Positions 1-6,126 of a DNA stretch of 32,000 nt are shown piece after piece. The position numbers and the translations under genes were made by a program. The stretch is taken from the NCBI RefSeq assembly GCF_963967315.1, contig NZ_OZ017288.1, positions 60,001 through 92,000 on the forward strand, in the 5' to 3' direction. Source of the DNA: Candidatus Minimicrobia sp. QA0096 (lineage in GTDB: Bacteria > Patescibacteriota > Saccharimonadia > Saccharimonadales > Saccharimonadaceae). Positions within the stretch are counted from its first letter, which is position 1, and every line of letters starts with the position of its first letter. The notes below the pieces were generated by a model. It saw only the letters and a program-made list of their open reading frames with translations. It was not told the origin of the DNA and searched no databases.

Positions 1-30
1 TGATTTCCATAAAAAATGTGGTAAAAAGTA

Positions 31-59
31 TTGACACTTTGTCAAATGTTTGCTATAAT
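31..59 (+). promoter_or_regulatory. sigma70-type promoter with perfect consensus (TTGACA-17 nt-TATAAT, extended -10)
   Basis: TTGACA lies at 31-36, followed by an exactly 17-nt spacer and TGCTATAAT at 51-59. The -35 lies inside the inverted repeat TTGACA-ctt-TGTCAA (31-45). No CDS follows on the + strand. Confidence 0.6.
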
Positions 60-65
60 CAAGGA

Positions 66-375
66 CGATTGGTTAAGTAATCATTAACCAAACGCACCTT
101 ATACCCCCTATTCTAACTATATGTTAGGTTGCGCGCAATGGCATTAAGTATTCTTACCCTCCACTTTTTGCGGTTCAACGTTACGCGCATACTAACCCCT
201 TTAACTGCCCTTTTTCAAAGGCGACCTCTGTTAATGTGAGTACAAAATTGTATTGATAGTCATCAGGCGCGGACTTTTGGAGTTTTAGTCGCGACGCTTC
301 ACTGATACGGTAGCTCGGGTGGGTTGAAGGGTAAAAAAGCGTCAGGTGATGCCCACCCTTACCTGGCGCTTTTTT
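66..375 (+). ncRNA. candidate unclassified non-coding RNA (~310 nt)
   Basis: The TSS is predicted at ~66 from the promoter above, and the 3' end at the terminator 339-375. There is no ORF >=60 aa in 1-323 on either strand. Stems seen: an 8-bp hairpin ttggttaa/ttaaccaa at 69-91, ctaac/gttag at 113-127, and gggtggg (317-323) with cccaccc (352-358). I recognised no RNase P, tmRNA or SRP signature by eye. The class is unknown. Confidence 0.35.
333..375. terminator. bidirectional rho-independent terminator
   Basis: The stem pairs gcgtcaggt (339-347) with acctggcgc (361-369), including one G-U pair, around a 13-nt loop. It is flanked by A6 (333-338) and T6 (370-375). It could serve both the + strand unit and the - strand operon that ends at 387. 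Confidence 0.6.
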
Positions 376-386
376 GTTGGGAAAAA

Positions 387-800
387 TTATTTATTTTCTA
401 TAATATGTCGGCACTTTCCGCAAACACCTTCCAGCTCAAAGTGGTGTTTTGCGACTATGAAATTATGTTTTTTACCAATGAGATCTATGAGTTTTTCGAG
501 TTCTTGCGATTGTATGGGTTCGGCATTTTGACAATTGATGCAGTAGAGATGGTGATGATGCGGTATAAAAGGTTCCGCTAACTCGTAATAGTTCTTCCAG
601 CCAATAGTTATGGTGTTTACAATGTTCAGATTATCGAACATTAGTAGCGTGCGGTAAATGCTGGCACGGTTAATGTTTTTGCAGTTTTTCGCAATATCGC
701 CGACCGTAAGAGGAACATCTGAATTTCGCAGGATATCGAATACTTGCTGGCGAGGTTTTGTCAGGCGAAGATTGTGGCGTTCGAATATTTCATTTAGCAT
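387..800 (-). CDS. Fur-family metalloregulator (Zur-like)
   Basis: 137 aa with an N-terminal winged-helix region. It carries HHHHLYCINC (His cluster plus CxxC) and a C-terminal CGKC, which is the Fur/Zur/PerR metal-site pattern. It is the last gene of a 3-gene minus-strand operon. Confidence 0.85.
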   Translation of the reverse strand: MLNEIFERHNLRLTKPRQQVFDILRNSDVPLTVGDIAKNCKNINRASIYRTLLMFDNLNIVNTITIGWKNYYELAEPFIPHHHHLYCINCQNAEPIQSQELEKLIDLIGKKHNFIVAKHHFELEGVCGKCRHIIENK

Positions 801-824
801 AGTACTATCAATAGTTTATAACTT

Positions 825-843
825 ATTGCAACAAGTGTGCAAT
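825..843. promoter_or_regulatory. inverted repeat ATTGCA-N7-TGCAAT upstream of the fur-family gene (possible operator or internal promoter)
   Basis: ATTGCA lies at 825-830 and TGCAAT at 838-843. On the - strand the repeat overlaps a TTGCAC-16 nt-TATAAA promoter-like arrangement 14 nt upstream of ATG 800. Confidence 0.3.
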
Positions 844-847
844 AGAC

Positions 848-1606
848 TTACAGCCCGAGTAATTCATAAGGATATTTAGGTTGGTTGATTTTTGTGATGT
901 GTGCGTCGGTTATGACGTATTCAGCTTGACTATTAACGATTTTCTGCGACAATTTACCCTTGACGATTAACCATGTTCCATCTGGGTAGTCTGTCGAAAA
1001 GTTTTTCTCGACCAGGATTTTCATAGGCACGCTGTCAACAGTGCAGCAACTTATAACATATCTGGCAATATTGAAGTAATTATAGCCGTAGTTTTTTAAC
1101 AGATCATTTGAAACGAAGCCGGTAATGGTGATATCTTTGCCGTTAAAATAAGCGGCCTCTTTGCAAGAATTTATGGCGGTTTTCCAGAGATTTATTGAGA
1201 TTGTAGAAGAGCCTTCTTTTGGTTGAGGTGTTTCGCAACGACTTTCGGGCTCAATAATCGCAGGACTTTCTTTTTGCGCGAGGCTGCTTGGGGAGAGTGG
1301 TTTTGGTGGCAATATATATCCGACTGATAATATAATTATTGCAAAATAAGATATCGGGGCAATTTTTTTCAAGCCAATTCTAGATTTATCTTTTGCGGGT
1401 TTATTTTTCAATTGCAACATTATATCAATAAACAAAAGTATAACGCCGATTACACTAATTATGACCGCGAATGCGTGATAGCGCGGATGTACGTAAAATC
1501 CGAGTTGATCGCGCCAAGCTAATAGCAAAATATATGCGCAAACGACAATTCCGCCAATTGATCTTGCAAGATTAGCGTACATATAAATTAACCCCCAGTC
1601 CGACAA
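848..1606 (-). CDS. TIGR03943/DUF1980-family membrane protein (partner subunit of the PF03773 permease)
   Basis: 252 aa with N-terminal TM helices, a Ser/Pro linker and a C-terminal domain containing ARYVISCCTVDSVP, the SCCxxD-type signature I associate with DUF1980. It overlaps the upstream gene. An alternative start at ATG 1582 (MYANL...) is preceded by GGGGG. Confidence 0.7.
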   Translation of the reverse strand: MSDWGLIYMYANLARSIGGIVVCAYILLLAWRDQLGFYVHPRYHAFAVIISVIGVILLFIDIMLQLKNKPAKDKSRIGLKKIAPISYFAIIILSVGYILPPKPLSPSSLAQKESPAIIEPESRCETPQPKEGSSTISINLWKTAINSCKEAAYFNGKDITITGFVSNDLLKNYGYNYFNIARYVISCCTVDSVPMKILVEKNFSTDYPDGTWLIVKGKLSQKIVNSQAEYVITDAHITKINQPKYPYELLGL

Positions 1607-2615
1607 TTAGCGATAAGACGAATACAATTAAGGTAATTGTTGCAATAAATTTCCAGCGAAAAGTTGTTTTTAATAGTGTGATCATTTTAATATCTATCAT
1701 AGGTCCGAACAGCAAGAAAGATAAAATTGAGCCTGTTGTGAAATTTCGCACGTAAGCTAGTGCAAAGAATGCGTCGATGCTGGAGCATATCGAAATGACG
1801 AAACTTAGCGTGATCATAGATATGACTGATAAGAAAATATCGCTACCGACAGCGTTTATGATGAATCGTGGAACGAAGATTTGTGTAGCGGCTGCGATGC
1901 TAGCACCTAAGGTTAGCATAGTAAATAATTGCCAGAATTCATTACGTGATGAGCTGAATAGGTTTGGTAATTTTGAGTCGTGATTATGAGAGTGGCAAAG
2001 TTTTTCAAATTCTGAATTAATAATGGAATCTTCCTTAAAAAAGCTGACGATAAAAGCGGTTATTTGTACGATAATTAACGCAAAAATAATTCGCCACCAA
2101 ACCATTCGGGCGTCAAAACTGAAGGCGGTCATGGTTGAAATTATGGTTATCGGGTTTATGATTGGCGCGGCGAAAAGAAAGCTAATAACGTCGGCAGGTT
2201 TTAATCCGTTTGCTATTAAGCTGCGCGCGATTGGTACGTTGCCACATTCGCATACGGGCAAAAATAGTCCGATCATAGAGAGCGCAATTCGTCGAAGAAA
2301 GGCGTTTTTTGGCAATATTTTGAAAACGTCTTTTGATGATAAAAAGTATCTGATAAGCGCGGATATGATAATTCCTAAAATTAAGAATGGGACCGCCTCG
2401 ACAATTACGCTTAGCGTCAGCGTGATGAAATCTTGTAATGACGGAAGTAATTTATTGCACCATTCTGCAAATTCTCCGTTTAATAACATGACGCCGAATC
2501 GTGAGCTGAATTGATAAATAGAAATTATAAGGACGCCAAAAAACACCCAACCGATCAATTCGCTGTTGGCTGATAAAAACTTTTTTATGCGACCATCTGG
2601 CGATTTTTGTGTCAT
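1572..2615 (-). CDS. predicted permease, PF03773/UPF0718 family
   Basis: 347-aa polytopic membrane protein. The internal LPVCECGNVPIARSL motif is typical of this permease family. Confidence 0.75.
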   Translation of the reverse strand: MTQKSPDGRIKKFLSANSELIGWVFFGVLIISIYQFSSRFGVMLLNGEFAEWCNKLLPSLQDFITLTLSVIVEAVPFLILGIIISALIRYFLSSKDVFKILPKNAFLRRIALSMIGLFLPVCECGNVPIARSLIANGLKPADVISFLFAAPIINPITIISTMTAFSFDARMVWWRIIFALIIVQITAFIVSFFKEDSIINSEFEKLCHSHNHDSKLPNLFSSSRNEFWQLFTMLTLGASIAAATQIFVPRFIINAVGSDIFLSVISMITLSFVISICSSIDAFFALAYVRNFTTGSILSFLLFGPMIDIKMITLLKTTFRWKFIATITLIVFVLSLIVGLGVNLYVR

Positions 2616-2656
2616 ATATAAAATTATACTCCATGCTTATGCTATACTAAATCAAT
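2616..2656. promoter_or_regulatory. divergent promoter pair in a 41-bp spacer, both leaderless-type
   Basis: On the - strand, TATAAT (2628-2623) lies 7 nt from ATG 2615. On the + strand, TGCTATACT (2640-2648) lies 8 nt from ATG 2657. Neither has a Shine-Dalgarno sequence. Confidence 0.5.
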
Positions 2657-3778
2657 ATGAAACATCTTTTACATTCACATCATCCGTTTCGGATTTTCTG
2701 GTTTTCGGTCCTATTGACCTTAGGTTTGGGCAGTTTGATTTTTAGCCATATGGGCGTTAGCGGTCTTTGGCTATTTACTATTTTGGTGGTTTTGGAAGTT
2801 ACGTTTAGCTTCGATAACGCAGTGATAAATAGCAAGGTTTTGGCGGGAATGAGCCAAGTCTGGCAGAAAGTCTTCTTGACGGTTGGTATATTTGTGGCGG
2901 TGTTTGTCGTTCGATTTATATTGCCAATTGCTATTGTGATGATTGCGAGCGGTCACGGATTTATGGATGTTGTCAATCTAGCGCTTCATAAACCTGTTGA
3001 GTACGGCAACATCCTGCATGAGGCATCGCCAATGATTGACGCGTTCGGTGGTGCGTTTTTGATTATGATTGGGCTTAGCTATTTTATCGATTACAACAAG
3101 CGTGTTCACTGGATGCGACATGTTGAGCCGATTTTGGCGAAGGCTGGGCGATTTGAGAATTTTAAGGTGTGCATAATGCTTAGCGTGGCGGCTGTTTTGT
3201 ATTTTACGGTCGAGGCGCCGCATAAATCTTTGGTGCTGATTTCAGCGGTTCTTGGAATTGTGCTGCATATCGGATTGGAACTATTTGGGTCATTTTTCCA
3301 TGAAGATGACGCGAAATCTGTTAAGATTAAAACTGGTTGGGCGGCGTTCGCTAGCTTGTTATATTTGGAAGTTCTGGATGCCAGCTTTAGCTTTGACGGC
3401 GTGATTGGTGCGTTCGCCATTACTAACAGCGTGCTACTAATCGTGGCTGGACTGGGCGCTGGAGCGATTTGGGTTCGATCGCTAACCGTATATTTGCTAA
3501 GAACAGGTGCGCTTAGCAAATATAAATATCTGGAAAATGGCGCTCACTGGGCGATTATGGCGCTCGGCGTGATGATGATTGCCAAATTATTCCACTTGGA
3601 ATTGCCGGAATGGGCGACGGGTGGCTTGGGCTTATTGTTCGTGAGTTTGGCGGTCGGCAGCAGTATATTGGAAGCCCGATCGATCAATCTACAAGAAGCT
3701 GCGGCCGAAAAATTACATCAAGCCGAAGAGCAATTGAAGAACAGCGCTTCAAAAATTGTGCCGCGAAAACGAAGATAA
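2657..3778 (+). CDS. TerC/DUF475-family integral membrane protein
   Basis: 373-aa polytopic protein. It carries the duplicated motifs EVTFSFDNAV and DASFSFDGV, as in TerC/DUF475 proteins. Confidence 0.7.
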   Translation: MKHLLHSHHPFRIFWFSVLLTLGLGSLIFSHMGVSGLWLFTILVVLEVTFSFDNAVINSKVLAGMSQVWQKVFLTVGIFVAVFVVRFILPIAIVMIASGHGFMDVVNLALHKPVEYGNILHEASPMIDAFGGAFLIMIGLSYFIDYNKRVHWMRHVEPILAKAGRFENFKVCIMLSVAAVLYFTVEAPHKSLVLISAVLGIVLHIGLELFGSFFHEDDAKSVKIKTGWAAFASLLYLEVLDASFSFDGVIGAFAITNSVLLIVAGLGAGAIWVRSLTVYLLRTGALSKYKYLENGAHWAIMALGVMMIAKLFHLELPEWATGGLGLLFVSLAVGSSILEARSINLQEAAAEKLHQAEEQLKNSASKIVPRKRR

Positions 3779-3789
3779 AGTTTTAGATT

Positions 3790-4350
3790 CTAATATTTTA
3801 TACTGAACGGCTCGATAGTTCCGTTAATAAATTTCTCGATCAAATTAATTGATTCGGGCAATATCCAACTTTGGAGAATCTTTTGCTCGTCTGAATTGAA
3901 TTTGCCTAGGACAAAATCTACGTCACCGACTTGACGTCTGAGTAAATTGTCTGTACCAATACGAATATGCCAAAAGTCTGATCCGACGTGAGCGTGGAGC
4001 GACTTTAAGCCATTGCTACCAGCGTCTCGTCCACCTTTGCGGGTTCGAATTTTACCAAAATCTAGCGCCGTGTCGTCGTGAATAATTAGTAAATCGTCCA
4101 ATGTCAATTTGTAAAAATCTAAGATTGCTCGAGCGGAAATTCCAACCTCGTTGTAAAAAGTAGTTGGCTTAATTAGTAAAACTTTTTCTCCAGAAATATT
4201 TGTTTCGGCGATATCTGCGGAAAATTTTGGCTTATTGCAAAAAACTGCATTATTCTCTGAGGCAAATTTATCAATAATTAAAAACCCAGCATTATGCCTC
4301 GTGTTTGTGTATTTTTCGCCTGGATTCCCCAATGCTAAGATGACTTTCAT
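3790..4350 (-). CDS. pth: peptidyl-tRNA hydrolase
   Basis: 186 aa with the canonical N-terminus MKVILALGNPGEKYTNTRHNAGF. Confidence 0.95.
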   Translation of the reverse strand: MKVILALGNPGEKYTNTRHNAGFLIIDKFASENNAVFCNKPKFSADIAETNISGEKVLLIKPTTFYNEVGISARAILDFYKLTLDDLLIIHDDTALDFGKIRTRKGGRDAGSNGLKSLHAHVGSDFWHIRIGTDNLLRRQVGDVDFVLGKFNSDEQKILQSWILPESINLIEKFINGTIEPFSIKY

Positions 4351-4393
4351 AGACTTAGTATATCACCTTGTGAAAATGACGTATAATAAGCAT
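4351..4393. promoter_or_regulatory. divergent promoter pair in a 43-bp spacer, both leaderless-type
   Basis: On the - strand, TGATATACT (4365-4357) lies 6 nt from pth ATG 4350. On the + strand, TATAAT (4382-4387) lies 6 nt from ATG 4394. Confidence 0.5.
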
Positions 4394-5362
4394 ATGGCAA
4401 AACGCGATGATGATTTGGAATTTAGTATCAATGCGCCGTTTGATGATGGGCGAGCGGTTATCGATAAAGTTCCGCTGTATTTGGTGAATGGCTCGTTGGG
4501 CGCTGGAAAAACTAGTGCTCTTGAGTTTTTATTGCAACAAAGTGACTATAAGGGTTCTCGGGTGATTGAGAATGAATATGCTAATGAAAACGTTGACGGA
4601 TATCGATTGGAAAAGTTGGCGGATATTGTGACGACTTTGGCTGGCGATTGTGTCTGTTGTTCGTCGAAGCACGCATTGACGCGAATGTTACTTGACTTTT
4701 GTCGCAATTCCCCCGCCCCAGTGTTTATTGAGGCGACTGGTGTGGCGCGAACGATGAATTTGGTTGAGAAATTGATTAATGCACAAATATTCAATAAGTA
4801 TGAGTTGGCTCAGAGTTTTTATGTTATTGACGCACATGAGATTTTACGTGGAATTGAGCCGGCGCATGAAATTGAACTGCAAGCGGCTGATATGATTTTA
4901 GTAACCAAAGAAGATTTGCTAGGTGACGACGAGCGACTGCAATATGAATCCAAGCTGAACTCCCTGCCTTACGGAAAAATACTGAGCGCGCCACGAGGTA
5001 AATTTGATATCAATAAAATGACGACGCCATCGGGACTACTAACGTTTTTTGATAAGTACGACGGCGAATTGGCGGTGCCGGATAATCCGACATATGCGGT
5101 GCTGGATGTTTCTGGTATGAAAATTGCTGCGGCGACTCTGGAAAAAATTTGGCCGGAACTTTTTGATGCTTATAAACTCAGGCGAATGAAGGGTTGTTTT
5201 ATTGATGATAATGGTGCGCGGCATCATTTGGAGGCGACGGAAAATCAGATTCAAATAGCTAATTCTGCGGCGGAAGAGCCAGCAAAAATTGTGCTAATTG
5301 GTGAACGTGCGGACGAAATTACGCGTGAAGTTTTGTCTGCGCAATTGATGATGTTTGAATAA
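4394..5362 (+). CDS. COG0523/CobW-family G3E GTPase (putative zinc metallochaperone)
   Basis: I moved the start to ATG 4394 (MAKRDD...). The ORF-track start at 4235 overlaps pth on the opposite strand, and a -10 box sits 6 nt upstream of 4394. The protein has Walker A GSLGAGKTS and the CxCC metal motif GDCVCCSS. Confidence 0.85.
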   Translation: MAKRDDDLEFSINAPFDDGRAVIDKVPLYLVNGSLGAGKTSALEFLLQQSDYKGSRVIENEYANENVDGYRLEKLADIVTTLAGDCVCCSSKHALTRMLLDFCRNSPAPVFIEATGVARTMNLVEKLINAQIFNKYELAQSFYVIDAHEILRGIEPAHEIELQAADMILVTKEDLLGDDERLQYESKLNSLPYGKILSAPRGKFDINKMTTPSGLLTFFDKYDGELAVPDNPTYAVLDVSGMKIAAATLEKIWPELFDAYKLRRMKGCFIDDNGARHHLEATENQIQIANSAAEEPAKIVLIGERADEITREVLSAQLMMFE

Positions 5363-5483
5363 AAGTTCGCTTTCGTCGTTTCCGACTCATCAGCATAGAT
5401 ACACATCTATGGAGCAAACACGACAAGTGAGAGAATCTGACGGAGAGTCTACAGACTCGCCATGTTTGCGATGTTATTGCCTG

Positions 5484-5873
5484 CTACTCCTGGTTGTTGG
5501 AGAAGTAGACGACAACGTAAGGATCGTAAGTAATCCCCCACGAGTAGTTGGGTCCTGTGTATCTGAATTCAACGTCACGAACCTCCTTCTCGAGGCTCTG
5601 GAGTTTCTTAAGGAACGCCTTACGACACTCGGGATTGTTTGCGACTGCTGAGGTTATCAGAAGATCACGATCGTAGATACGGATCTCATCTGGAAGCTTA
5701 CCTGTTATCATGTATTCACCAATTGCAGCGTTCCTGACCTCCTGGCACAGCGCGAGGATCCCCTCCTTGAAGAAACGGGAGACTTCGTTCCGCCTGAGCG
5801 TCTTCAGCTTCTCATTTGTCTCTTCGATGCTGACAGTTCTCCTTGCCTTGACTTCATCGGTAATAAACGACAT
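5484..5873 (-). CDS. hypothetical protein (129 aa, orphan, atypical codon usage)
   Basis: Intact ORF preceded by GAGGAGAGAG (5890-5881), 7 nt upstream of the ATG. I recognise no family motif. Lys is AAG in 8 of 9 codons, and Tyr, Phe and Asn codons are almost all C-ending. Confidence 0.6.
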   Translation of the reverse strand: MSFITDEVKARRTVSIEETNEKLKTLRRNEVSRFFKEGILALCQEVRNAAIGEYMITGKLPDEIRIYDRDLLITSAVANNPECRKAFLKKLQSLEKEVRDVEFRYTGPNYSWGITYDPYVVVYFSNNQE

Positions 5874-6068
5874 TGTAGTACTCTCTCCTCATCTGGGCGA
5901 ACGCCCGTGCTGGAAACACTGATCAACGCCCGGATGGCATAGATCGAAGATGAGGTTTTGAGGCACTTATTAGAATACCGCAAAATCTCACCTTCGTCTT
6001 ATAGATTCTCTTCACTTGTCAAAGTGCGCTTTCAGACAAGGATTTGCTCAACTTGTCAACAAAAGCCA
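5874..6068 (-). promoter_or_regulatory. ~195-nt structured 5' leader with alternative helices, one occluding the Shine-Dalgarno sequence
   Basis: See the finding at 5874-6103. Competing pairings exist at 6057-6015, 5992-5949 and 5955-5887. Confidence 0.35.
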
Positions 6069-6074
6069 ATGTTA

Positions 6075-6103
6075 TTTATATCACGCGATAATATTTAAGT
6101 CAA
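6075..6103 (-). promoter_or_regulatory. sigma70-type promoter TTGACT-17 nt-TGATATAAA
   Basis: The -35 lies at 6103-6098, followed by a 17-nt spacer and an extended -10 at 6083-6075. The promoter begins 24 nt downstream of the der stop. Confidence 0.5.
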
Positions 6104-6126
6104 GAGAAATTGTCGTAAAAATAGGA

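Noticed and set aside
138-239. A 33-codon ORF (MALSILTLHFLRFNVTRILTPLTALFQRRPLLM) inside the orphan transcript.
   Set aside because: It has no Shine-Dalgarno sequence and is not positioned at the predicted 5' end, so it is not leaderless. Its composition looks random. I kept it only as a remark.
66-375. Identification of the orphan RNA as tmRNA, RNase P RNA, SRP RNA or 6S RNA.
   Set aside because: I could not find the conserved GAGGAAAGUCC (RNase P), the GGGG 5' end and tRNA-like ...CCA 3' end (tmRNA), or the SRP domain IV motif. At ~310 nt it is too long for a typical 6S or small SRP RNA. I have left it unclassified. A covariance-model search is still needed.
3106-3519. Long antisense ORFs inside real genes: 3106-3519, 6905-7309, 10078-10524, 11397-11822, 15462-15839, 23204-23701, 26618-27106, 29155-29538, 30013-30390 and 31321-31704.
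   Set aside because: Each lies opposite a gene with clear family motifs. Their translations are low-complexity or Arg/Ser/Leu-rich shadow-frame products, and none has start signals.
4371-4387. TGAAAATGA upstream of the COG0523 gene as half of an actinobacterial-type Zur box (TGAAAATGATTTTCA).
   Set aside because: The second half-site is absent (the sequence is cgtataa). No similar sequence occurs in the 2616-2656 or 801-847 regions.
4235-4393. The N-terminal 53 codons of the ORF-track call for the COG0523 gene (start at 4235).
   Set aside because: This stretch overlaps the pth coding region on the opposite strand and encodes hydrophobic nonsense. A TATAAT lies 6 nt before ATG 4394, and the GTPase domain begins right after 4394.
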